From assembly GCA_963799485.1 (NCBI GenBank), contig CAWCXJ010000001.1, forward strand, positions 192,001 through 256,000: a stretch of 64,000 bases of DNA. The letters are read 5' to 3'. Source of the DNA: an uncultured Trueperaceae bacterium. GTDB lineage: Bacteria > Deinococcota > Deinococci > Deinococcales > Trueperaceae. Of this stretch, positions 51,038 to 61,449 are shown piece by piece. The translations under genes were made by a program, and so were the position numbers. The first letter of the stretch is position 1. Every line of letters starts with the position of its first letter. The notes beneath the pieces are model-generated. The model saw nothing but the letters and a program-made list of their open reading frames with translations, was not told the DNA's origin and did no database searches.

Positions 51038-52021
51038 CTAAACGAGCCCGGTTCGCCGCCGTCCGAGACGGCCTGCGGCGTTGGCGATTAGACGGTTGGC
51101 GAGCGTTGCCGCGACCACGAGCAAACCGAGCAGCAAGATGTACCACTGCGAGTCGATACCTGCGACGATGAGGTAGCTCTGGATGCTCGTCAGGACGAAC
51201 GCGCCCAGCACCGTTCCCCAAATAGAGGCGCGTCCGCCGCCCAGCACGCAGCCGCCCAAGACCGCCGCGGCAATGGCCTCGAGTTCCATCAGCCGCCCGA
51301 AACTCCCCTCCGCCACCCCGATATTCGAGGCTTCCAAAAGACCGGCGAAGCCCGCCAAAACCGCGCTGGCGACAAACGCGCCCAGCTTGATACGCCGGAC
51401 GCCGACGCCGCGCGAGTGGGCGCTCGCTGCGTCGCCACCGACCGCCAGAAGACGGTTGCCGCCGGGCGTAAAGAGCAAGTAGAGATGAACGACCGTCGCC
51501 ACGATGACGAGCCAGAGGACGGCGGTGCTGAGGCCGAATATACGCCCGCCGCCTAACAGCCCGTAAACAAACGAGCTTCGCATGTCGCTGCCGGCGCTAA
51601 AAAAATAGCCGGATTCGGTGACAGCCAGCGCCACCCCGCGAAAGGTAAAGAGCGTGCCCAGCGTGACGACCAGCGAGGGAATGCGGAGGTAGCCGACCAG
51701 GTAGCCGTTAAGCGCGCCGATAGCGGCGGCGACCAGGAGCGCGAGCAGGGCGGCGACAGGTGTTCCTATCCGTTCGGCTGCGCCCAGGTAGGTAAAAGCC
51801 GCCATCGCAAAAACCGACCCCAGCGAGATGTCGATTTCGCCGACGGTAATGACCAGCGCGGCCCCGATGCCCATAATCGCCAGGACGGACATAACCTGCA
51901 ACACGGACTTGAGGTTGGCGACTGCCAGCCAGCCGCCGCCTGTGGTCGCGGCAAACAAGACCACGAGCAGCACGGCGACGCTGAGGATGCCGACCTCGGG
52001 AAACCGCAGCAGCGCCCTCAC
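51038..52021 (-). CDS. Sugar ABC permease (RbsC-like)
   Basis: IDISLGS, PSLVVTLG, ELEAIAAAVLGG. Confidence 0.94.
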   Translation of the reverse strand: MRALLRFPEVGILSVAVLLVVLFAATTGGGWLAVANLKSVLQVMSVLAIMGIGAALVITVGEIDISLGSVFAMAAFTYLGAAERIGTPVAALLALLVAAAIGALNGYLVGYLRIPSLVVTLGTLFTFRGVALAVTESGYFFSAGSDMRSSFVYGLLGGGRIFGLSTAVLWLVIVATVVHLYLLFTPGGNRLLAVGGDAASAHSRGVGVRRIKLGAFVASAVLAGFAGLLEASNIGVAEGSFGRLMELEAIAAAVLGGCVLGGGRASIWGTVLGAFVLTSIQSYLIVAGIDSQWYILLLGLLVVAATLANRLIANAAGRLGRRRTGLV

Positions 52022-52848
52022 GCCGCCTCGACCACGCGACCGCCGTCGCGGATGACGCGCTCGAGTTCTTCTGCCGACATCTCGCCCTTAGGCACGTCGA
52101 TGACCTTTTGCCCGTTTTCCATAATCACGATGCGGTCGGCCAGCCGGTGAATCTGAAAGATGTCGTGGGTGATGTAGATAACCAAAAGCCCCTGCTCTTT
52201 AAGCTGAAGCGCCAAATCGTTGACGTGCTGCCGCTCGCGTACCGAGAGGTGGTTGGTCGGCTCGTCTAAAATCATGATGCGGTTACGAAAATCCACCGCC
52301 CGCCCAATCTTAAATGATTGCCGCTCACCGCCTGAAAGCATGGCGATTTCATCGTCTACGTCTACATGGTCGCGCAGCCCGAAGCTGCGGATGACCTTGC
52401 GGCTCGAGTCCCGCATCTTCCCAAAGTCCAAAAAGGGGATGCCCAGTATCTTCTTGGTCGGTTCACGCCCCAAAAAGTAGTTCCGCGCGACCGAGAGGTT
52501 GCCGCACACGCCTACGGACTGCTGGATGGTCTCGATGCCTAGGTCGATAGCTTGCCTGGGGTGAAAGTTTCTCAGGCGTTTGCCGTCTACGATGACCTCG
52601 CCCTGCGTGGGGCTGTGGATACCGCAGAGGATGTTGATCAGGCTCGTTTTGCCCGCGCCGTTGTCCCCGACCAAACCGACCAGCTCGCCGGGGTAAAAGT
52701 CCACGCTGACATCTCTTAGCACGTCGAACTGACCGAAGCGGAGGTGGATGTTTTTCATCTGAATAAGGGGCTGGGCGCCGGTTTGCTTGCTGGCTGGGGT
52801 TCTAGGTGTGCCCGGTTGGGTACCAGGTATGTCTGCCACGCCGTTCAC
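52018..52848 (-). CDS. Sugar ABC ATP-binding protein
   Basis: GDNGAGKT, LSGGERQ, LDEPT. Confidence 0.94.
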   Translation of the reverse strand: MNGVADIPGTQPGTPRTPASKQTGAQPLIQMKNIHLRFGQFDVLRDVSVDFYPGELVGLVGDNGAGKTSLINILCGIHSPTQGEVIVDGKRLRNFHPRQAIDLGIETIQQSVGVCGNLSVARNYFLGREPTKKILGIPFLDFGKMRDSSRKVIRSFGLRDHVDVDDEIAMLSGGERQSFKIGRAVDFRNRIMILDEPTNHLSVRERQHVNDLALQLKEQGLLVIYITHDIFQIHRLADRIVIMENGQKVIDVPKGEMSAEELERVIRDGGRVVEAA

Positions 52849-52901
52849 CTTCTTTCTATCGAGTTTTTTCTGTTCGGGTCTTTTTGCTTAGTGCTTAGCT
52901 G

Positions 52902-53864
52902 TTATGTACTCAGGCCCGTGACGCGCCGGGTGATGGTGATGTTTAAGACCACGCCGACGACGAGGACTACGCCGACGAAACTCAGATACCACGAGGGCGG
53001 GATGCCGAGCGCGATAATCTCGTAGCGGACGCTCGTCAAAAAGAACGCACCTAAAACCGCGCCGACGACCGTTCCGCGTCCACCCGTGAGGGCGACCCCG
53101 CCGATGACGGCGGCGGCGATAGCCTCGAGTTCCAGGTCGCTGCCCAGCGTGACGTGCGTGCGCGGCGAGTCCGCCAGCGTCAGGATTGAGGCAAAACCCG
53201 CCAGCGTGGAGGTTGCCACAAAAGCGAGCGTTTTAACGCGGGCTACGTCGATGCCCCTCGAGCGGGCGCTCGCTTCGTCGCCGCCGACCGCCAAGAGATG
53301 ATTGCCGAAACGCGTCCGCGTCAGCAAGAGCGAAAAGACGACTAGAATGATAATGAGCCAGATTACGGCGTTTTCGACCGACAACCAGTTCGCGCCCAAG
53401 AGCTGCGTAAACCAGTGACTCCGTGCTTCACGGTCAAAGTTGGGCGCGTTGCCCCCGGTGGTGATGTAGATAAGCCCCCGGTAAAAAAAGAGTGCGCCGA
53501 GCGTGACGATTACCGAGCTGAGGCGTCCTTTAATGACCAAAAGCGCGTTGAGCAGGCCGATAGCGGCGGCGATAGTCATCGCCAGAACAAACGAGCCGAC
53601 CACGCCCAAAACCGGCTCGAGGCCGATAAAGACGATACCGACCACCCCGTACACCGAACCCACCGACAGGTCGATCTCCTTGCAGATAATCAGCAGTGCT
53701 TCGCCGATGGCGATAAACCCTAAGATGGCGGTAAACTGCAAAACATTGTTGAGCGTTCGCGCCTTTAGCCAGCTTCCCGGGTCGATAACAGAAAAGAGAA
53801 CGAACAGGGCGATAACCCCGAGCAAAATAGGCGTTTCGCTCCGCTTAAACAAGTTGCGTAACAC
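52902..53864 (-). CDS. Sugar ABC permease (RbsC-like)
   Basis: IDLSVGS, ELEAIAAAVIGG. Confidence 0.94.
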   Translation of the reverse strand: MLRNLFKRSETPILLGVIALFVLFSVIDPGSWLKARTLNNVLQFTAILGFIAIGEALLIICKEIDLSVGSVYGVVGIVFIGLEPVLGVVGSFVLAMTIAAAIGLLNALLVIKGRLSSVIVTLGALFFYRGLIYITTGGNAPNFDREARSHWFTQLLGANWLSVENAVIWLIIILVVFSLLLTRTRFGNHLLAVGGDEASARSRGIDVARVKTLAFVATSTLAGFASILTLADSPRTHVTLGSDLELEAIAAAVIGGVALTGGRGTVVGAVLGAFFLTSVRYEIIALGIPPSWYLSFVGVVLVVGVVLNITITRRVTGLST

Positions 53865-54003
53865 GCTGACCTCCTGAGCCTAACCTCACGTTTTAGGGGA
53901 TGCGTCAATTGAGCCCGGTTCGGTTAAGGTCTGACTAAAGGTTTCTTAAACCCTCGAGCAACTAAAAGGTTTCGGGTGCAGCTTGAGAGCTGCACCTCTT
54001 GAT

Positions 54004-55023
54004 TTACCAGATGCTCTGGCTGTCGTATTCGCTGTCGCCGAAGAGCTTCCGCACGACCGCTTCAAAGGTCTGAGCGTTACTCTTGTCGATGATAACGGGG
54101 CCGGTGAGGATATCAGACTGCGGCACGTAACCGAATTCCTTGTTCCAGTAGAGCCACTCCATTGGGCTGTAGCCCTGAAGCCAAAAACCCTGGCTGTGGG
54201 TCGTCAAGAGGTAGCCCTGCTTGACCCCTTCAATCGATAAGGGGCTGTCGTCGACGCCCTGCAAGGTGAGGCCTTCCATATCTACGTCGGGGCTCAGGTC
54301 TAGGTCTGTCGCGACCTCGTAAACCCACGGGGTCGAGAAGGTGGTGACGTTGTAGATATAGTTGATATCGGTGTTGTTCGAGAGGTAAGCCTCGAGCAGG
54401 TTGCGGGCTCGAGCGGGTTCCGCCGTGACGTTAAACATCTCGCCTTCGACGCCCGCCTCCGACATCGCGTCGAGGTAGCCCGTGCAGCGGGCGTTGAGCC
54501 CCGCGTGTCCGGTATCGGGGTTCGCACACATCACGCGGGTCGGCGTCGGCACTTCGCCTGCTTTTGCGGCTGCGAGCGCATACTGAGCCGCCTGGTAGCC
54601 GTCTTGATAGAGGTCGCCGCCGACGTAGGTGAGGTACGGGATGCGCTCATCTTTAGGGCGCGTGTCGGCCCCGTTAAAGGCCACCACAGGGATACCGCTG
54701 TCGATAGCCTGGCGCAAGATGGGGTCTTCCGCTTCAGCGTTCAGAATCGGCACGGCGAGGCCGTCGGGGTTGGTGGCGATGGCCTGCTGGATGAGCTGGT
54801 AAAACTCTTGCAGGCTGTATTCGCCGCTCGGCGAGATGTACTCCACCTTGACATCCGGGTATTTCGCTTCAAAGTCCTTGATGGCGTTGGTCAACCAGAG
54901 CATGTTGGGGTCGCTCGGGCCGATGTGTGAGACCATCACGAAGCGGTACTTGGGTTCTTGAGCGAACGTTACGCTCAGTAGCGCGGCTAATACGAGGGCA
55001 AGTAAAACGGTGAGCTTTTTCAT
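54004..55023 (-). CDS. Sugar ABC substrate-binding protein
   Basis: Signal peptide, VSH, AIATNPDGLAV, GIPVVAFN, LQGY. A stem-loop at 53975-53996 follows. Confidence 0.92.
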   Translation of the reverse strand: MKKLTVLLALVLAALLSVTFAQEPKYRFVMVSHIGPSDPNMLWLTNAIKDFEAKYPDVKVEYISPSGEYSLQEFYQLIQQAIATNPDGLAVPILNAEAEDPILRQAIDSGIPVVAFNGADTRPKDERIPYLTYVGGDLYQDGYQAAQYALAAAKAGEVPTPTRVMCANPDTGHAGLNARCTGYLDAMSEAGVEGEMFNVTAEPARARNLLEAYLSNNTDINYIYNVTTFSTPWVYEVATDLDLSPDVDMEGLTLQGVDDSPLSIEGVKQGYLLTTHSQGFWLQGYSPMEWLYWNKEFGYVPQSDILTGPVIIDKSNAQTFEAVVRKLFGDSEYDSQSIW

Positions 55024-55082
55024 GATTCCTCCAGGGGGGTAGATAGATGTTTGCGGTTACGGGCCGAGTTGCTGTGTTCTAT

Positions 55083-56045
55083 TTAATGGGCCACCTCCTT
55101 TACGGCGTCACCGGCTAAATCACGGGCCAGGATGCGCCGCAACAGTCCTGCTGCTTCGCGGACGCCCGCTTCGGGTGTCAGGCTCAAATCTTCGTGTTCG
55201 ATGCTCAGCACGTCGTCGTAACCCGCTTCGGTGAGCAAACGCACGAAGTCGCGCCAGAACGCGTCGGGTTGCCCGCGCCCGAGGGTGACGTAGTTCCACG
55301 AACGCGTCGCCACCTGCGCGTTAGGTTTGGTCTCGAGGAGCGTGTTGGGTCGGCGGTTATCTTCAAGCCGCGTGTCCTTGGCGTGGACGTGATAAATCGC
55401 CTCGGCGAGCGGGCGGATGGCTGTGAGCGGGTCGCCGCCCATCCACAGCATGTGGCTCGGGTCGAAGTTCACCCCGACGCTCTCGCCTGCCGCGTCACGC
55501 AGCTTGAGCATCGTTTCGGTGTTGTAGACGAGCTGCTGCCCGTGCGGTTCGACGCATAGCCGCACCTCCAAGCCCGCTGCGTAGCGCGCCAGGTCTCGCC
55601 AGTAGGGGATAGCGACCTCTTCCCACTGATAGGTGAGAATTTCAGCGGTTTCGGGTGGCCACGCCACCGTGACCCAGTTGGGGTAACGGTCGCCGGGCGC
55701 GGCGGGCAGCCCGGACATGAGGACGACGCGCCCTACCCCCAAAAGGTTGGCGAGCTTGATGGTCTTTCTGACCGTCTCGTCGTGACGGCGGCCCGCTTCG
55801 CCGGAGGCGAGCTGGTTGCCCGAGCAGTTGAGGGCGCTGATGCTCAAGCTGTGGTCTGCTAGCTTGCTCGAGAACTCCCGCCGCGCCGCCGCGCGTTCCA
55901 AAAGGTCGTCCAAGCTGAGGTGCGGAGCCTGCGCCCAGTTGCCGGTGCCGAACTCGAGCCGCTCAATTCCCAACTCGCCGACCGTTTCCAGTAGTTCATC
56001 AAAACTCAGCTGTGCCAGGCTTTCGGTAATCAGTCCGATGTTCAC
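55083..56045 (-). CDS. Sugar-phosphate isomerase/epimerase (IolE/IolH-like TIM barrel)
   Basis: SALNCSGN, NFDPSH, YHVHAKD, LSIEHED. Confidence 0.9.
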   Translation of the reverse strand: MNIGLITESLAQLSFDELLETVGELGIERLEFGTGNWAQAPHLSLDDLLERAAARREFSSKLADHSLSISALNCSGNQLASGEAGRRHDETVRKTIKLANLLGVGRVVLMSGLPAAPGDRYPNWVTVAWPPETAEILTYQWEEVAIPYWRDLARYAAGLEVRLCVEPHGQQLVYNTETMLKLRDAAGESVGVNFDPSHMLWMGGDPLTAIRPLAEAIYHVHAKDTRLEDNRRPNTLLETKPNAQVATRSWNYVTLGRGQPDAFWRDFVRLLTEAGYDDVLSIEHEDLSLTPEAGVREAAGLLRRILARDLAGDAVKEVAH

Positions 56046-56070
56046 GCTTTACTCTCCTTTCCGTCGCCCC

Positions 56071-57090
56071 TCACGCGCACGGCTCCCACTGTTCGACCGG
56101 GACGACTTGCTGCGTGTGCAACGACGTTACGGCGGCTTCGGCGATGAGCTGCGCTTTTAAGCCGTCGTCAAGCGAGGGTGAGGGTTTTACGCCCCCCTGC
56201 AACGCCGTAACGAAGGCGTCGATTTCGGTGTAAAAACTTCCCTCCATACGCTCGAACCAGCCCGCATACGTGCCCTGCTGAACGGCCTTGTCGCCGCCGT
56301 AACGTGTGACGTTAGCGGTGGGTTTGCGTTCGGAAATCACCAGTCCGTCGGAACCGAAGACCTCCAAGCGTTCGTCGTAGCCGTAGGCGGCGCGGCGGCT
56401 GCTGTCGATTGTGCAGATTGCGCCGCCTCTAAAGTTCAGCACTACCACCGACGTATCGATATCGCCCGCTGCGCCGATGGCCGGGTCGATGAGGCACGCG
56501 CCCTTGGCGTAAACCGAGTCAACTTCGTCGGCGGCCAACCAGCGGGCAAGGTCGAAGAAGTGAATGGTCTGGTCGCGAAGCTGTCCACCCGAAACCTTGA
56601 CGTAGGCGATAGGCGGCGGGGTAGGGCCGCGCGTGGTGAGGTGCATCAGCTCGACCTTGCCGACCTCGCCACACTGCACCGCGTCGTGCAAAAGTTTGTG
56701 GTTCGTGTCAAAACGGCGGCTGAACCCGATGCTGATGGGAATGCCTGCTCGTGTCACTTTACTCACGACCGCTTTGACACGCGCTAAATCCAGGTCGATG
56801 GGTTTTTCGCAGAGGACCGCCTTGCCCGCGTCTGCGGCTTGGGCGAGCAAATCGGCGTGGGTGTTCGTCGAAGAGGCGATAAGTACGGCGTCTACGTCCG
56901 AGTTCCAGATTTCATCCGGAGCGGCGGCTACTCTACAACCGAACGTGCTTGCCGCCTTCGCCGCCGTTTCCGCGTGCGCGTCGTACACGTAAACGAGTTC
57001 GGCATCCGGGTGCTTGGTGAGGTTGCCTGCGTGGACGGTGCCGATAAAGCCTGCGCCGAAAAGTCCGAACTTAATGCTGGGATTAGTCAT
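56071..57090 (-). CDS. iolG: Inositol 2-dehydrogenase-like oxidoreductase
   Basis: [47 protein letters not shown]. Confidence 0.75.
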   Translation of the reverse strand: MTNPSIKFGLFGAGFIGTVHAGNLTKHPDAELVYVYDAHAETAAKAASTFGCRVAAAPDEIWNSDVDAVLIASSTNTHADLLAQAADAGKAVLCEKPIDLDLARVKAVVSKVTRAGIPISIGFSRRFDTNHKLLHDAVQCGEVGKVELMHLTTRGPTPPPIAYVKVSGGQLRDQTIHFFDLARWLAADEVDSVYAKGACLIDPAIGAAGDIDTSVVVLNFRGGAICTIDSSRRAAYGYDERLEVFGSDGLVISERKPTANVTRYGGDKAVQQGTYAGWFERMEGSFYTEIDAFVTALQGGVKPSPSLDDGLKAQLIAEAAVTSLHTQQVVPVEQWEPCA

Positions 57091-58291
57091 GTGCTGCCCT
57101 TTCAAACGAGATGCTCGAGTCCGTCCACGCGCCGCCCCGTTCGTGCGACGCCACCGCCGCCTCGACAAATTTCACGCCCCGCACGCCGTCTTCGACGGTG
57201 GGAAAGTCGAGCGCCAGCGGGTCGGCGGGAATCCCGTAACGCCGCGCGACAACCGTGTCGGCGATGTCCGTGTAGAGGTTGGCGAACGCCTCGAAAAAGC
57301 CCTCCGCGTGACCGGGGCCGGTGCGGGTGGCGCGCTTTGCTGCCGCCGAGAGGTAGCTCGAGCCGCGTCCGAGGCGTTGCGGCGGGCCGCCCTGTGGCCT
57401 CAGCGTCAGGTAGTTGGGGTCTTCGTGCTGCCACTCGAGACTCGCCTCACTGCCGTAAACGCGGATTCTGAGCCCGTGTTCGTGTCCGGTCGCCGCCATG
57501 CTGACCCACATAAAGCCTTTGACCCCGCCTTCAAAATGCAGCTTGAGATGCGCGTTGTCGTCCGCCTGCCGCCCCGGTACAAGCGTCATCAGCTCCGCTG
57601 AGACCTCGAGCAGCTCGAGCCCGCCGACAAACCGCGCGAGCTGATGGGCGTGCGTGCCCAAATCACCGACCACGCTCGACTTCCCGGCATAAACCGGGTC
57701 GGTCCGCCACGACGCCTGCTTGTGTCCGTCCGCCTCCAACAGCGTCGCCGCCCAACCCGAGGCGTGTTCGACCTGGATAAGGCGGAGAGAACCCAACGCG
57801 CCGTTTTTGACCATAGCCCGTGCGTGACGCACCATCGGGTAGCCGCTGTAGTTGTGCGTCACCCCGAAGACGAGGCCGCGCGCCTGAGCGACTTCCCGAA
57901 GTTTTAACGCCTCTTTAAGCGAGTTCGTCAGCGGTTTGTCGCAAATCACGTCGAAACCGTACTCGAGTGCGCCCAGCGCCATCTCGTAGTGAAGGTGGTT
58001 CGGCGTGAGGATGCTCACGACCTCCGCGCCGCCCTCGCGTTCACGCTCAGCCGCAAGCATCGTCCGCCAGTCGTGATAGGCCCGTTCCGGTGCGACGCCG
58101 AACCGCTGCGCGGCCCGTTGGCTGCGTTCTGATTGCGACGAAAACACACCCGCAACGAGTTCGAAACGGTTATCAAACCGCGCGGCATATCTGTGCGTTT
58201 CGCCGATGTTGGAGTCTAAACCGCCACCAATCATGGCAAGCCTGAGCTTTGGCGGCACATGTGTACCGACATGTGTGTCTAAAAGCTGCAC
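57083..58291 (-). CDS. Gfo/Idh/MocA oxidoreductase
   Basis: [41 protein letters not shown]. Confidence 0.92.
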   Translation of the reverse strand: MQLLDTHVGTHVPPKLRLAMIGGGLDSNIGETHRYAARFDNRFELVAGVFSSQSERSQRAAQRFGVAPERAYHDWRTMLAAEREREGGAEVVSILTPNHLHYEMALGALEYGFDVICDKPLTNSLKEALKLREVAQARGLVFGVTHNYSGYPMVRHARAMVKNGALGSLRLIQVEHASGWAATLLEADGHKQASWRTDPVYAGKSSVVGDLGTHAHQLARFVGGLELLEVSAELMTLVPGRQADDNAHLKLHFEGGVKGFMWVSMAATGHEHGLRIRVYGSEASLEWQHEDPNYLTLRPQGGPPQRLGRGSSYLSAAAKRATRTGPGHAEGFFEAFANLYTDIADTVVARRYGIPADPLALDFPTVEDGVRGVKFVEAAVASHERGGAWTDSSISFERAAHD

Positions 58292-58427
58292 GAAACCCTC
58301 TTTCCAAACGTGTTTACACGGGCAATATTGTGTTTTTCGTCCCGTTTAGTATAGCCAGCCGGACGCTTGAAAGAAATGACTGAAAGTGTCAAAATGTGTC
58401 TCAAATTATCTTTAGAAGGATGGTCTT

Positions 58428-59276
58428 ATGGCTTTTAGCCCGTCAGCCGTGATCGATCTGGGGTCGATATGGTTCGAGGAGAGCAGTGTCGGCTCGACCC
58501 TTTACCCGCCTGGTAGCACGCTCGGGCCGAGGATTCAGGCGTATGTTCAGCTCGTGTTTTTGCACTTCGGGACGCTTACCGTAAATGTGGACGGTACCAA
58601 GCAGGCGCTCAAGGCCGATACGGTGGGGCTCCTCTTGCCGGGACACGAAGAATATTTCGAGTTCGCCAGAACCACCGAGACGCTTCACAGCTACGTGCAT
58701 ATTCGCCCGGACACGCTGGCTCCCGAGGTGCAGCGGCGGCTTACGACCCTGCCCCGGGTGCTGCCGCTCTCGAGGGCGTTAGAAAACCTTATCCATCAGG
58801 CGACGACCGCGCCCCTCAGTGTGCTGCCGACCCGCAACAAGATTTTCGAGGCGCTGGCCTTGCAGATGCTCTGGCACTATATCGGCGAAGCGGAAGCGCT
58901 CGGCGCGCACGAGGCCGACGACACCTACCGGCGTGTCCCCAAAGCGCAACTCTTCATTCACGATCACCTCGCCGAAGCGCTCGATTTGGAACGTATTGCC
59001 CGGGCGGTGCGGCTCAGCAAACCGCAATTAACGAGGATATTTAAGCGGGAGCTGGGCGTGACGCCGATGGTGTATGTGTGGCAGCGCCGGACGGCGGCGG
59101 CGACCGAACTCTTAAAACACAGCGGCCTCAGTATCGACGCGATTAGCGAACGCTGCGGGTTTGCCAGCCGTTATCACCTCTCGAGGCGCGTCAAAGAAGC
59201 TGCCGGGATGTCGCCGGGGGTCTTGCGGCGCAGCTACTGGCGGGCGCAGCACACACCGTTTGCGCTCGAGCGGTAA
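58428..59276 (+). CDS. AraC-family regulator
   Basis: N-terminal cupin, C-terminal double HTH (LTRIFKRELG, ISERCGF). Divergent from the sugar cluster. Confidence 0.92.
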   Translation: MAFSPSAVIDLGSIWFEESSVGSTLYPPGSTLGPRIQAYVQLVFLHFGTLTVNVDGTKQALKADTVGLLLPGHEEYFEFARTTETLHSYVHIRPDTLAPEVQRRLTTLPRVLPLSRALENLIHQATTAPLSVLPTRNKIFEALALQMLWHYIGEAEALGAHEADDTYRRVPKAQLFIHDHLAEALDLERIARAVRLSKPQLTRIFKRELGVTPMVYVWQRRTAAATELLKHSGLSIDAISERCGFASRYHLSRRVKEAAGMSPGVLRRSYWRAQHTPFALER

Positions 59277-59284
59277 AAACACTC

Positions 59285-59673
59285 GGTAGTGGCCCATTAA
59301 CGAATGCTCGAAGCCCGCTCTAAGTTGTAGCGGTGCAAGAAGAGGTGTAAGCAAATGAGGTGCATTTCATCGGACTTGGAGAAAGACAGGGTTTTTCTAA
59401 CGAAGCGACTAAGCCGTTGCCTAAGAGTACAGTTGAAACGCTCAAGGTGGTTGGTCAAACCCGTGCCTTTGCCAACGGCCTGATGGCGCTCTTTGGGGAG
59501 AACAAGTTGGTAGGCTTTGCAAAAATCGCTGTAGCAGCTGCCCTGCTGGTAAGATTTAGGTACCGAACGCCATAACTGTTTGCACGTTGCCTCACCGCGT
59601 CCACCCACAACGCACGCGACAACTTGCCGTGTCCGTTTGCAAAGAGCGAACCAGACCCAGCGTTTGTTGCGTT
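59285..59673 (-). mobile_element. IS1-family remnant (InsB-like C-terminal part)
   Basis: RWVWFAL, YSDFCKAY, TNHLERFNCTLRQRLSRFVRKTLSFSK. GGTAGTG terminus at 59285. Confidence 0.85.
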
Positions 59674-60692
59674 GGCTCTTAACGGATTCCAAGGAGGTAA
59701 TGTAAAGCCGTTGCAACACGGGCAGAATCACCGTTAGACTCGACGAATGCTGAACATCCAGGTCTTGGTGGATGACGCCAAGTGTTTCGAGGAAGTGCGC
59801 AAGCTACGTTGGCCTGGTGGGGTGAAGTGCCCAAGCTGCGGGTCAGAGAGGATCATCAAGCGAGGCTTTCACAGCACCCAGCCGCATCGCCAACGCTACG
59901 TTTGTCAGGGAAGGTGCTGTGCTCGGTTCGACGATCTTACCGATACCGTCTTTGAAGGCCATCATCAGCCGCTGAAGGTATGGGTGCTGTGCCTGTATTT
60001 CATGGGTCTGAATCTCTCCAATCGGCAGATTGCCAAAGAGCTAGATTTGAACGAGGATGATGTGCAGCAGATGACCAGCCAGCTTCGTGAGGGCGTGGTG
60101 GCGAAAAAAAGCCTGTCGAGCTATTAGGAACCGTAGAGTGCGATGAGGTGTATATCGTTGCGGGTCACAAGGGACAAGCTCAGGCGGTCAAGAACAAGGA
60201 GCGTCAGGGACGAAGGCGCAGACTCAAAGGAAGCCGCGGAAGAGGCACGCTCGAGAAGGAGAAGCCTCCTGTGCTAGGGATGCTGCAACGCAACGGTGAG
60301 GTAGTGATCAAGATGCTTGCCAACGTAAAGCAGAAGACTATCGCGCCATTCATCAAAAGCTTCATTTCCAGGGGCAGCCTTATCTACACTGACGAGTACT
60401 GCATCTATGACCGCTTGGAGCAGTGGGGATACGAGCACCAAGCCGTCAACCACTCTGCCGGTGAGTATGCCCGCAAGATGGCGATGGCTTTCATGAGGTG
60501 CATGTCAACAGCATTGAGGGCTTCTGGTCGCTACTGCGCTCTTGGCTTCGCCCCCATCGCGGCATCTCGCAAGAAAAGTTGCCACTCTATTTGGGCTTCT
60601 TCGAGTTCGTCCACAACGTTAGGAGCCGGGGTAGGGCACTATTACCGTCCCTCATTGAGGTTCTGGTAGCTCCTTGAAACGCAGGAAGAGCC
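59674..60692 (+). mobile_element. IS1595-family element
   Basis: Imperfect TIRs GGCTCTTAACGGATTCCAAGGAG versus (reverse complement of right end) GGCTCTTCCTGCGTTTCAAGGAG. Zn-ribbon RWPGGVKCPSC, ECDEVY, YTDEY, HVNSIEGFWS. Confidence 0.88.
59747..60677 (+). pseudogene. IS1595 transposase with an A7G -1 slippery site plus an extra frameshift
   Basis: AAAAAAAG at 60104-60111 links ORF1 to ORF2. A second break near 60475 moves DGDGFHEVHVNSIEGFWS out of frame. Confidence 0.8.
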
Positions 60693-60775
60693 TACGGAAT
60701 ATTGCCGCTGGAGAAGAGGCGGCGGGGAACATCAGCATCTTAGAAGACAAGCGTGTGGTGGCGAAGTTGATGCAG
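60693..60775 (+). pseudogene. Possible 3' remnant of an acetyl-CoA synthetase gene
   Basis: Reads (L)RNIAAGEEAAGNISILEDKRVVAKL, resembling the Acs C-terminal LRxIAxG...GDxSTLED motif. Abuts the IS end. Confidence 0.5.
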
Positions 60776-60852
60776 CCGGGGGCGGGTAAACAGTTACTTC
60801 CTGAAACAAGTATCTACGGCGCACATCTGCGCGCCGTAGTAACATTTTAAGA

Positions 60853-61449
60853 ATGTCTAAGAAAAAGAAGAAACCACTAGCGTACGAAATTCAAACGAAA
60901 TTAGGAATAGAGGCGTTCAGGCTATCGCTTTTGGATGAATCTGATAGAGGACTTGTTCTAGTTGGTGCTGCGTTTATAGAGGAACAGTTGGAAGCACTGC
61001 TACGAGCGCACTTCTTATTCGAAGAAAGCTTGCAAAACTCTACGAGTGAAGAAACTGGGAAATTTGGGAAGATAGTCAATAAGCTCTTCGGTTATGGACC
61101 ATTGGGCTCTTTTTACGCTAAAGCTGATATGGCGTATTCTCTTGGGCTTATCCCAGAGTGGGAACACTGGCGCATAGACTTATTGAGAGACGTCCGTAAC
61201 AGCTTTGCTCATAACATCGAAAGCAGTAGTTTTGAAAGTCAAGACGTTGTTAAACTACTTGAGCGGTTTGTTAGTCCAGAGAATGTAAGACGTGATTCTA
61301 TAGAAAAAATGGTAATACAGCTAGCAGCTTTAATCTTCACTAGAGTGTCATTCATGAGCAATAGCGGCCTTAGCCCCGACGCGAAAAGATCTTATCTAGC
61401 TGCTCTACGAAGCGAAGACGTTTACAACCTCAAGCAACGTGCTCAGTGA
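60853..61449 (+). CDS. MtlR/HEPN-like protein (low GC)
   Basis: ESDRGLVLVGAAFIEEQL, GPLGSF, AYSLGLI, RDVRNSFAH (RxxxxH). Confidence 0.78.
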   Translation: MSKKKKKPLAYEIQTKLGIEAFRLSLLDESDRGLVLVGAAFIEEQLEALLRAHFLFEESLQNSTSEETGKFGKIVNKLFGYGPLGSFYAKADMAYSLGLIPEWEHWRIDLLRDVRNSFAHNIESSSFESQDVVKLLERFVSPENVRRDSIEKMVIQLAALIFTRVSFMSNSGLSPDAKRSYLAALRSEDVYNLKQRAQ

